Assembly: GCA_039795775.1 (NCBI GenBank)
Contig: JBDKLC010000005.1
Span: 89,905 to 153,904, forward strand
Source: Candidatus Parcubacteria bacterium
GTDB lineage: Bacteria; Patescibacteriota; Minisyncoccia; Phycocordibacterales; CAIZLB01
Length of the DNA: 64,000 nucleotides
Reading direction: 5' to 3'
Positions 27,196 to 36,034 of this stretch are shown here, in pieces (position 1 is the stretch's first letter; every line of letters starts with the position of its first letter). Both the position numbers and the translations under genes were made by a program. Below the pieces are notes generated by a model that was not told the DNA's origin, made no database searches, and was given only the letters and a program-made list of their open reading frames with translations.

Positions 27196-30100
27196 ATGAA
27201 AACAAATCTCAACGTAAAAGGTAAACACTCAACAATCGATGATTTCGATGCTGTAGTGCTTAAGATTGCTTCTCCAGAAAAGATCCGAGAATGGTCATTT
27301 GGTGAAGTACGAAAGCCAGAGACAATGAACTACCGAACTCAGCGAAGTGAAAAGGATGGTCTCTTCGATGAAAAGATTTTCGGTCCAGAAAAAGACTACG
27401 AATGTTATTGCGGTAAATACAAAGGTATTCGATACAAGGGTATTGTCTGCGAACGATGTGGAGTTGAACTCACACGAGCTATTGTTCGACGAGAACGAAT
27501 GGGGCACATTGAACTTTCTGTTCCTGTAGCGCACATTTGGTACCTCCGAACACTTCCATCTCGAATCGCACAGATTCTTGGTATGAGTGCTGCAGATGTA
27601 GAGCGAGTAATTTACTTCGCTGGATATCTCATCACAACAGTAAACGAAGGTGAACGAGAAAAACTTCTCAAAGAACTTGATTCTGAATATAAGAACAAGG
27701 TGAAGTCTCTTCAGGACGAAAAGACTCGTGAAGCGATCTCAGAACTTTTGCTTTCAGCTAAACGAGAAATTGAATCAATCCAAATTGGTCGAGTACTCGA
27801 TGAAGTTGAATATCACAAATTCTCTCTCAAATACGGAACATGTTTCGAAGCTGGCATTGGTGCTGAAGCTGTATTCAATATTTTCAAAAATCTTGATACC
27901 GCAAAACTCCTTGAAACTCTTCAGGGTGATGTAGGTAAAGTGAATGCAGCTGATCGAGAAAAACTCTTCCGACGAATCAGTCTCATCAAATCAATGAACG
28001 GCGCAAACATCCGACCAGAATGGATGTTCATCACAGCTCTTCCAGTTATTCCAGCAGCTCTCCGACCTATGGTAGCTCTTGAAGGTGGACGACATGCGAC
28101 TTCAGACGTGAACGACCTCTACCGACGAGTAATCAACCGAAACAACCGATTGAAGAAACTCAAAGAAATTCACGCTCCAGACGTTATTCTCCGAAACGAA
28201 AAACGAATTCTTCAAGAAGCTGTAGATGCCCTCATCGACAACTCAATCCGACACGGTAGTACTGTATACGCTGGTCTCAACCAGGCTCAGCGACGAGCTC
28301 TCAAATCTCTTGCGGACAACCTCAAGGGTAAGCGAGGTCTCTTCCGACAGAACCTCTTGGGTAAGCGAGTAGACTACTCAGGACGATCAGTAATCGTAGT
28401 AGGTCCAGATCTTAAGTTGAACCAGTGTGGTCTTCCAAAACACATGGCTCTTGAACTTTTCCGACCATTCGTTATTTCTGAACTCTTGAAACGAGAACTT
28501 GCATTCAACATTCGAGGCGCATCACGACTTATCGATGATGGAGCTGCAGAAGTATGGGCAATCCTCGAACAAGTAATTCAGCACAAATACGTTCTCTTGA
28601 ACCGAGCGCCAACTCTTCACCGACTTTCTATCCAGGCCTTCAAGCCAATTCTTATCGAAGGTAACGCGATCCAAATTCACCCTCTCGTATGTAGTCCATT
28701 CAACGCGGACTTCGACGGTGACACTATGGCCGTACACGTACCACTTTCAGAAGAAGCTCAGAAAGAAGCTGCAGAAATCATGTCTTCAGACAAGAACATT
28801 CTCAAACCAGGTACAGGTGAACTTACAGTAGCCAACAAGATGCTCGACATCGTACTCGGTGCATACTGGATGACAAAGACAGAAAAGGGTGAAAAGGGTG
28901 AAGGTAAAATCTTCGCATCACCAGATGAAGCTATCCGAGCTCAAAACTTTGATCAGATTTCATTCCGAGCGGCTATCAAGGTTCTCGCACCTGAAACTCC
29001 TAAGTATGGAGAACTTGGTGGAACAGTATTCGAAACAACAGTTGGACGAATTCTCTTCAACAACGTACTCCCAGAAAACTACGCATTCATTAACAAAGAA
29101 ATCAACAAGGCGGGAATGAATGCCATCATTGATGACATCATCACTCACCACGGTCTCGAAAATGCTCCAAAGCTCATCGACGATCTTAAGAAGTTCGGTT
29201 TCAACTATGTAACACAGTCAGGTGTAACATGGAGTATTGATGACGCGAAGATTCCAGAGAAGAAACAAGAAGTAGTAGGCGCTGCATCTAAGCGAGCTGC
29301 TGATGTAATGGCTCAGTACAATGAAGGTCTCCTTTCAGAAGAAGAAAAGACTCGAAAGATTATTGAAATCTGGCAGTCAACACGAGGTGAAGTTGAAAAA
29401 CTCATCGGTGCTGAACTCAAGTCAGGTCCAGTACATGACATGGTACTCTCAGGTGCTCGAGGTTCCCTCGGTAACCTTACACAGATGGTAGGTATGAAGG
29501 GTCTCATCACAAACACACAAGGTGAAACTATCGACTTCCCAATTCTTTCATCATTCAAAGAAGGTCTTACACCTATTGAATACTTCATTACAACTCACGG
29601 TGCACGAAAGGGTATGACCGATACCGCCCTCAACACAGCGCGAGCCGGTTACCTCACACGACGACTCTTCGTAGTTGCTCAGTCAGTAATGATTACTGAA
29701 GAAGATTGCGGTACAACAAAGGGTATTCCAATTCAGAAGATTGGTGCATCTGGTATCGAAACTTCATACGTAAAATCTGTTACAGGACGAGTACTTGCTA
29801 AGGATGTTGTAAATGCAGCAGGAGAAGTTCTCTTCAAGAAAAATCACCTTGTTATCAAGGACGATGCTGCGAAGATTGAAAAATCTAATGTACAGGAAGT
29901 ATGGGTGCGATCACCACTTACTTGTGAGACAGCAATCGGTATCTGTACACAGTGTTACGGATATGACCTTGGACGAAACAAACTCGTAGAAGTGGGTGAA
30001 GCCGTTGGAACAATTGCCGCTCAGGCCATTGGTGAACCAGGTACACAGCTTACTATGCGAACCTTCCACGCCGGAGGTGTGGCGACAGTAGGTGGAGACA

Positions 30101-30891
30101 TCACTGCCGGTCTTCCTCGAGTAGAAGAAGTATTCGACAACCGACGACCAAAGAATCCAGCAATCGTTGCATCTCACGATGGTATGATCATGGATATCAA
30201 GGAAGTAGGAAAAGAACGAGTAATCAAACTTCTTCCAGATGTGCCTCTAAAGAACAACAAGAAGGGAAGTGAAATTGAATATACCGCTCACTATGCCCGA
30301 ATGCCTCTTGTAAAAATTGGTCAGCACGTTTCAAAGGGTGACCTTCTCACAGACGGTTCTGCCGATGTAGATGAACTCTTCGAATATTCAGGTAAAGATC
30401 GATCACAGGAATACATTATTTCTGAAGTGAAGAAACTTTACGAACTTCAGGGAGAAAACGTTTCTCGAAAACACATTGAAGTTGTAGTACGAGAAATGTT
30501 CAGTCGAGTGAAGATCAAGGAAGTTGGAGATTCACAGTTCTCAGTAAACGACGTTGTAGAACGATTTGAATTCGATCAGATCAACGCCGAAATCCGAGAA
30601 CGAGGTGGACTCGAAGCGAAGGCAGAAGCAGTAGTCATGGGTATCGCGGAAGCGTCACTCAACCGACGAAGTTTCCTTTCAGCAGCTTCATTCCAGCACA
30701 CTCACCGAATGCTCATTGGTGCATCTCTCCGAGCAAACAAAGACCCTCTCTACGGTATTATGGAAAACGTAATGATTGGTCGCCTCATCCCAGCAGGTAC
30801 AGGATTCAAGGGAAGTAAAAAGCAATTGATGATCGAAGAACTTCGAAAAGAAATTCCTCTCGAATCAGAAGATACTCCTACAGACCGATAA
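27196..30891 (+). CDS. rpoC: DNA-directed RNA polymerase beta' subunit
   Basis: Zn-finger CYCGKYKGIRYKGIVCERCG, NADFDGD catalytic loop, trigger loop. The track starts at TTG 27181; ATG 27196 is the more likely start. Confidence 0.95.
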   Translation: MKTNLNVKGKHSTIDDFDAVVLKIASPEKIREWSFGEVRKPETMNYRTQRSEKDGLFDEKIFGPEKDYECYCGKYKGIRYKGIVCERCGVELTRAIVRRERMGHIELSVPVAHIWYLRTLPSRIAQILGMSAADVERVIYFAGYLITTVNEGEREKLLKELDSEYKNKVKSLQDEKTREAISELLLSAKREIESIQIGRVLDEVEYHKFSLKYGTCFEAGIGAEAVFNIFKNLDTAKLLETLQGDVGKVNAADREKLFRRISLIKSMNGANIRPEWMFITALPVIPAALRPMVALEGGRHATSDVNDLYRRVINRNNRLKKLKEIHAPDVILRNEKRILQEAVDALIDNSIRHGSTVYAGLNQAQRRALKSLADNLKGKRGLFRQNLLGKRVDYSGRSVIVVGPDLKLNQCGLPKHMALELFRPFVISELLKRELAFNIRGASRLIDDGAAEVWAILEQVIQHKYVLLNRAPTLHRLSIQAFKPILIEGNAIQIHPLVCSPFNADFDGDTMAVHVPLSEEAQKEAAEIMSSDKNILKPGTGELTVANKMLDIVLGAYWMTKTEKGEKGEGKIFASPDEAIRAQNFDQISFRAAIKVLAPETPKYGELGGTVFETTVGRILFNNVLPENYAFINKEINKAGMNAIIDDIITHHGLENAPKLIDDLKKFGFNYVTQSGVTWSIDDAKIPEKKQEVVGAASKRAADVMAQYNEGLLSEEEKTRKIIEIWQSTRGEVEKLIGAELKSGPVHDMVLSGARGSLGNLTQMVGMKGLITNTQGETIDFPILSSFKEGLTPIEYFITTHGARKGMTDTALNTARAGYLTRRLFVVAQSVMITEEDCGTTKGIPIQKIGASGIETSYVKSVTGRVLAKDVVNAAGEVLFKKNHLVIKDDAAKIEKSNVQEVWVRSPLTCETAIGICTQCYGYDLGRNKLVEVGEAVGTIAAQAIGEPGTQLTMRTFHAGGVATVGGDITAGLPRVEEVFDNRRPKNPAIVASHDGMIMDIKEVGKERVIKLLPDVPLKNNKKGSEIEYTAHYARMPLVKIGQHVSKGDLLTDGSADVDELFEYSGKDRSQEYIISEVKKLYELQGENVSRKHIEVVVREMFSRVKIKEVGDSQFSVNDVVERFEFDQINAEIRERGGLEAKAEAVVMGIAEASLNRRSFLSAASFQHTHRMLIGASLRANKDPLYGIMENVMIGRLIPAGTGFKGSKKQLMIEELRKEIPLESEDTPTDR

Positions 30892-30955
30892 AGTTTAACA
30901 ACACCCCACAGAGCCGCACCTACAAGTGCGGTTCTTGGTATAATTGATTCACCAT

Positions 30956-32773
30956 ATGTCATCTGCGACAGAATTGATTAAGGAAAAATTAAATATTGCT
31001 GATGTTATTGGCTCATATATTAAGGTTGAAAAATCTGGAGCCAACTACAAAGCTCGATGTCCTTTTCACAATGAAAAGACACCTTCGTTCTTTATTTCAC
31101 CAGGACGTGGCAATTACTATTGCTTCGGTTGCGGTGTAAAAGGAGATATCTTCACATTCGTACAAGAATTTGAAAAAGTTGATTTCATCGGTGCACTCAA
31201 ACTTCTCGCTGAGCGAGCGGGTGTTCCTTTGGAGCAATTCAAATCTGAAAACAAAGGCCAATTCGATCATCTTCGAACAGTACTCGAAAAAGCTACAAAC
31301 TTTTTCCAGGCAAATCTCAAACAAAACAAAGAGGCTCTCGCGTACCTCAAAGGGCGAGGTCTCACGGATGAAACAATAGACTCGTGGAGAATTGGATATG
31401 CACTTCCAGAATGGCGTACATTGCACGATGACTTACTTCGACAAGGCGTAAGTGTGTCAGACATGGAAGCAGTAGGTCTCGTAAAAAGATCAGATCCATC
31501 AAATGACAAACAGACCGTATACGATCGGTTCCGAAGTCGAATCATTTTCCCACTCTTCGACACAACAGGAAGAGTAATTGGATATTCAGGACGAATATTT
31601 GGTGAAGAGGCAACAAAGAAAAATGATCAAGGCGAAAGTGTTGCTCCAAAATATCTCAACAGTCCTGATACACCGCTCTTCAACAAATCTGAAATTCTCT
31701 ATGGATTCAACAAAGCAAAAGAAGGAATGCGACAGTGGGGGTATGCGGTGCTTGTTGAAGGACAAATGGATTTGCTCATGTGCCATCAGTCTGGTTTCAA
31801 CAATGCTGTCGCAACATCAGGTACATCTCTGACGGATCAGCATCTTGATAAAATCAAGAAAATGAGTAATAATCTGATGATCGTCTACGACGCAGACAAG
31901 GCAGGTCTCAAGGCCACATTACGAGCCTGGACCGCCGCGTTGTCACTAGGAATGGACGTGAAAATAGCCGGCTTGCCGGTAGGGGAAGACCCCGCATCCA
32001 TCCTCCTTTCAAACAAGGAGCAATTCAAAGAAGCTTTGAAACATTCAAAGCACATCATCGATTATTATCTCGATATACTTCTCAGAGAAAAGCTTCCAGA
32101 ACGAAAACTCTGGCAAGCTGTAGAAACTGAAGTGCTTCCATATGCAGCAGCGATAGAAAGTGCCATTGATAAATCGCATTTCATCACTCGAATAAGTCTG
32201 CGCACTGGTATTCCAGAAGATGCACTTCGGGAACAACTTAAAAAGCATGCGACTGACGCAACACCACAACGGTCCACAGCGTCTCCGCATGCAGCTCCTT
32301 CCACTTCTCACCAAACATTCGGACCTGAAAAACAGCCCGAATCAGTACAAGACAAAGTCACAGAACGGCTTGTTGGTTTTATTTTGCTCGAAAAAAGTAA
32401 ACAAAAAGATTCAAGTAAAGATGACAGTGTCGAAGATCCTCGTATCACCAACATGCTTGCGAGAATTAAGACTATTGTCGGCGATGTGAGATTTGGCCAG
32501 ATAGAAGAGCTCATCGCCAGAGCACCGCAAGGCATCCTCTTTGAAGCAGAGATGATGTTTGCTGGTAGTACAAAAATAGAAAAAAATATAGACGACCTAT
32601 TGTTCTCTCTCGAAGAAAACATACTCAAAGAAAAATTTGCCGTCAGCATGAAAGAGCTTCAACAAGCTGAACGGCTCGGGGACAAAGAAAAGCAACAAAT
32701 GCTCATCCTCAAATGCCAAGATCTTTCGTTGCAGATATCTGCACTCAACCACAAAAGAAAGCAGACCCAGTAG
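30956..32773 (+). CDS. dnaG: DNA primase
   Basis: CPFHNEKTPSFFISPGRGNYYCFGCGVKGDIFTFV zinc-binding domain and a Toprim core. TATAAT at 30939-30944 upstream. The track starts at TTG 30944. Confidence 0.9.
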   Translation: MSSATELIKEKLNIADVIGSYIKVEKSGANYKARCPFHNEKTPSFFISPGRGNYYCFGCGVKGDIFTFVQEFEKVDFIGALKLLAERAGVPLEQFKSENKGQFDHLRTVLEKATNFFQANLKQNKEALAYLKGRGLTDETIDSWRIGYALPEWRTLHDDLLRQGVSVSDMEAVGLVKRSDPSNDKQTVYDRFRSRIIFPLFDTTGRVIGYSGRIFGEEATKKNDQGESVAPKYLNSPDTPLFNKSEILYGFNKAKEGMRQWGYAVLVEGQMDLLMCHQSGFNNAVATSGTSLTDQHLDKIKKMSNNLMIVYDADKAGLKATLRAWTAALSLGMDVKIAGLPVGEDPASILLSNKEQFKEALKHSKHIIDYYLDILLREKLPERKLWQAVETEVLPYAAAIESAIDKSHFITRISLRTGIPEDALREQLKKHATDATPQRSTASPHAAPSTSHQTFGPEKQPESVQDKVTERLVGFILLEKSKQKDSSKDDSVEDPRITNMLARIKTIVGDVRFGQIEELIARAPQGILFEAEMMFAGSTKIEKNIDDLLFSLEENILKEKFAVSMKELQQAERLGDKEKQQMLILKCQDLSLQISALNHKRKQTQ

Positions 32774-32827
32774 CAAGCATGCGCGTAAGATTACACAATT
32801 ATTTTAAATACAATTAATACCTCACCA

Positions 32828-34135
32828 ATGGCAAAGAAAGTCTCAACTAAATCTGATAAAAAGGATAAAAAGAAAGTAACAAAACCTGCTGCAAAGAAGG
32901 TAGCTAAACCTGTTGTAAAGAAAGCTCCAAAAGTGAAAGGACCAAAGTCTGCAACTTCAAAAGCTATGAAGCCTCAAAAAGCTGCTAAGCCACAGAAGGC
33001 ATCAAAGACAGCTGCGTTTGTAAAATCAGGCAAACCTGAAGCTAAGAAAAAAGGAAAAAAGTCTGAAGGAACATTCGAACAAAAAGCTGAATCACTTATG
33101 CAAAAAGGGAAGGATCGAGGATTCATTACATACGATGAAATTCTCAAAGAGTTCCCAATGATTGAATTGGAAATTAGCTTCCTCGATCAGCTCTACGAAA
33201 AGCTCGCCACAGCTGGTATCGACGTTCTCGAAGGTGGAGGTCTTCTTCAGATGAAGAACGAAGAAGAAGAAATGCTCAAGAAATATTCAATGAGTAAGAG
33301 TGATTCTGGTTACGACTCTATCCAGATGTATCTCAAAGAAATTGGTCAGTACCCACTCATTGGTGCTCACGAAGAAAAAGAACTCGCGAAGCGAATTCAG
33401 ATAGGTGATAACGAAGCTAAGAGTCTTCTCGCAAAAGCCAACCTTCGACTCGTAGTATCTATTGCAAAGAAATACGCCAACCGATCTCCAGACCTTACAC
33501 TTCTCGACCTCATCCAAGAAGGTAACCTCGGTCTCTTCAAGGCCGTAGATAAATTCGATTGGTCAAAAGGATTCAAATTCTCTACATACGCTACATGGTG
33601 GATTCGACAGTCTATCACTCGAGCACTCGCAGATCAGTCACGAACAATTCGAGTACCAGTACACATGGTAGAAACAATCGCCAAGTACAAGCAGGTGGTA
33701 CGACGACTCTCACAGGACCTCGGTCGAGAACCTCTTCCTGAAGAAATTGCGACAGAAATGGGTCTTGATGTAGAAAAAATTTATACAATCGAAAAGATCG
33801 ACCAGAACACTGTGTCACTCGACACACCAGTAGGTGAAGACGATGACAAATCTACATACGGAGACTTCATCGCTGATGATCGAATCCTTTCTCCAGATCA
33901 AGAATCATCACGACGAATTCTCGCTGATCAGGTTCGAGAAATTCTCGGTGACCTTTCAGAAAAAGAACGAGAAATTCTCGCTCTCCGACACGGTCTTACT
34001 GATGGTATCCAACACACATTGGAAGAAGTAGGAAAGATGTTCGGCGTGACTCGAGAACGAATCCGACAGATTGAAGCAAAAGCACACGAAAAGATTCGAC
34101 AGCATGAAAAAGTAAATCGTCTCAAAAACTATTAA
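32828..34135 (+). CDS. rpoD: RNA polymerase sigma-70 factor RpoD with about 80-aa Lys/Ala/Pro-rich N-terminal tail
   Basis: Regions 2-4 conserved ([59 protein letters not shown]). N-terminus is [26 protein letters not shown]... Confidence 0.9.
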   Translation: MAKKVSTKSDKKDKKKVTKPAAKKVAKPVVKKAPKVKGPKSATSKAMKPQKAAKPQKASKTAAFVKSGKPEAKKKGKKSEGTFEQKAESLMQKGKDRGFITYDEILKEFPMIELEISFLDQLYEKLATAGIDVLEGGGLLQMKNEEEEMLKKYSMSKSDSGYDSIQMYLKEIGQYPLIGAHEEKELAKRIQIGDNEAKSLLAKANLRLVVSIAKKYANRSPDLTLLDLIQEGNLGLFKAVDKFDWSKGFKFSTYATWWIRQSITRALADQSRTIRVPVHMVETIAKYKQVVRRLSQDLGREPLPEEIATEMGLDVEKIYTIEKIDQNTVSLDTPVGEDDDKSTYGDFIADDRILSPDQESSRRILADQVREILGDLSEKEREILALRHGLTDGIQHTLEEVGKMFGVTRERIRQIEAKAHEKIRQHEKVNRLKNY

Positions 34136-34218
34136 AACCATTAATTTTTTCTCAAGAATTTCTTAAGAAAAAATAAAGAGAAATATAAAACAAAAGTGAA
34201 AAGAATATAAAAAGTTCA

Positions 34219-34260
34219 CCCCCGGCCATCTTGCGATGTGCCGGGGGCTTTTGTTGTTTT
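34219..34260 (+). terminator. rho-independent terminator after rpoD
   Basis: CCCCCGGC...GCCGGGGG stem followed by CTTTTGTTGTTTT. Confidence 0.8.
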
Positions 34261-34309
34261 GGGCAGATGCCCGTGTTGTTTTGAACTTAGAACTTAGAAC
34301 TCCGTAGGA

Positions 34310-35092
34310 TCAGATGACCCAATCAACGCCCACAGGGTAGCGGTCGTCGGTGAATTGAGGCTCGAGGCCCAGCTCTTGCCAGTCTTCGTCGCGGATGATG
34401 GCCATGCGATAGATGTCATTTTGTGACACGTTCCCGGAAATACTGAAGTGGTAGGAAAGCGCATTCAGATTCGCGAGAACGTTACGATCGTGACTCAAAC
34501 CTGCGTTACGTAGTGTTTGGTTGTCACCGTATGCATTGGAGCGGAGTTTGATTTTTCCTGCCCGGCGTCGAAGCTGTTGAAGCAGCGGAGCAGACAAGAG
34601 CATTAGCCGGTCTGCAATGCGCTCTTTATCTAGCAGCTGCGCAAGGTCACTCTCAGTCATACAAGCAAGGATTTCGTTTACAAGGAGACTTCGTTCGAAG
34701 CTGTATTTCTTGTAATCAGTGCCAATGATGGATTTCCAGATCTTTGAGAACGCCGTTTTGAAGGTCTCTGTATCTGGGCAGTCCAACGTTTTCAGGTGTC
34801 GCATAAATACGACCCCTCCGATGGCTGATACGACTACAGCAAGAGTATTCCAGCTAAGGAACACTGGCTGTTTCCACAACGCATAGGCGAAGTAGAGCGT
34901 AACGATAAGCAATGTAATCCACAAGATGACCCTGCGGACAAAGTATCGAACCTCATCCTTTTCGTGTTCTTTTAACACAGGGTAGGCCCACCGTTGAGGT
35001 GGATTGTGACCAAGAGATAAGGATCTTCCTGCATCAAGTGTTTTTTCGAGTTCTGTTCTTAGTTGTTTAGGTGCGTTTTGCACGTTTGTCAT
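34310..35092 (-). CDS. hypothetical 2-TM membrane protein (GC-rich insert)
   Basis: 260 aa. Two predicted TM helices (VILWITLLIVTLYFAYALW, LAVVVSAIGGVVFM) followed by a roughly 150-aa soluble C-terminal region. About 58% GC. Confidence 0.5.
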   Translation of the reverse strand: MTNVQNAPKQLRTELEKTLDAGRSLSLGHNPPQRWAYPVLKEHEKDEVRYFVRRVILWITLLIVTLYFAYALWKQPVFLSWNTLAVVVSAIGGVVFMRHLKTLDCPDTETFKTAFSKIWKSIIGTDYKKYSFERSLLVNEILACMTESDLAQLLDKERIADRLMLLSAPLLQQLRRRAGKIKLRSNAYGDNQTLRNAGLSHDRNVLANLNALSYHFSISGNVSQNDIYRMAIIRDEDWQELGLEPQFTDDRYPVGVDWVI

Positions 35093-35360
35093 TGTATTTG
35101 TTCTTGTCTGCCAAAGGCATTCGCGAAAAGGTCGTCAGACCATACAAGGCAACCGGCAGGCTGCCTCATATACGTTTTCGTATAGGATAGGTGGCAGCCA
35201 TTCCATATATAATTATATCACAAATAGTCTATAAGTCAAGCTCTACGGTTTCTATAAAATGGCTTAGCTTAACTAAAAATATGTAAAATGAAACACCCCG
35301 GGGGACCTTGTGAAAAGGCCACTCGGGGTGTGGATCATGTGTGTTCGCCTACGGGATTTC

Positions 35361-35924
35361 TCAGGTTGTTGCAGTTGCCGGTGCAGAATTAGTAATCGGC
35401 ACGACAACATTGCCTGTCTGGAAATACGGGTAGAGAACAATTGTCAGTTCTGAGTTACCGGCCGGTGTGTCGGAGTTGAATACAGACTCTTCCGAGAGCC
35501 TTACCCACTGGAATGGTGGACCTCTATGATCCAACAGTGGTTTTGCTTGTTCTCGTGTGAATGTCACTGGGCATATGGACCCTCGAAGTTCCATAAGAAC
35601 AATAACCTCTGTCCTGGTAGTCATGTGGGTGCCGTAGGGATATACCTCGTTTGGTTCAATGTCTTCTCCCGTAAGGTGACAGACCCTTCCGATTTCGACT
35701 CCTTCCCATTTGATCAGGAGCCAGGCAGCGAAGCCCAGCAGCAAGATGACGCCAAGGGCGAAGAGATGGAAGTTTCGTCGCTGAAAAATTTTCAGAACGC
35801 TTGTTTTGTCTTCAATCCACATCCCGACTGTAACAGCCAGAGTGAGAGCGAGTGCGTAGAGCACAAATGATATGATAGTTTTGATGGTCACGATGTTATG
35901 TTTGTGTGACCGCCTAAAGAACAA
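35361..35924 (-). CDS. hypothetical 2-TM membrane protein (possible bacterial PH-like architecture)
   Basis: 187 aa. Two N-terminal TM helices then a roughly 110-aa soluble domain. GC-rich. Confidence 0.5.
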   Translation of the reverse strand: MFFRRSHKHNIVTIKTIISFVLYALALTLAVTVGMWIEDKTSVLKIFQRRNFHLFALGVILLLGFAAWLLIKWEGVEIGRVCHLTGEDIEPNEVYPYGTHMTTRTEVIVLMELRGSICPVTFTREQAKPLLDHRGPPFQWVRLSEESVFNSDTPAGNSELTIVLYPYFQTGNVVVPITNSAPATATT

Positions 35925-36034
35925 TTCCGTCAGGAAGTGCTCCTGGCGGGTTGGCAGTATTATAACACAAATACGAAAATAGTAAACCCCAAAAACAGAA
36001 GCGCGTAAAAGGGGTTATACGCTATAATAAGCGC

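Noticed and set aside
23985-30891. Numerous 60-110-aa ORFs inside and antisense to rpoB and rpoC (for example 24328..24660, 26243..26527, 29313..29588)
   Set aside because: They are nested within strongly supported long CDSs and are typical six-frame noise.
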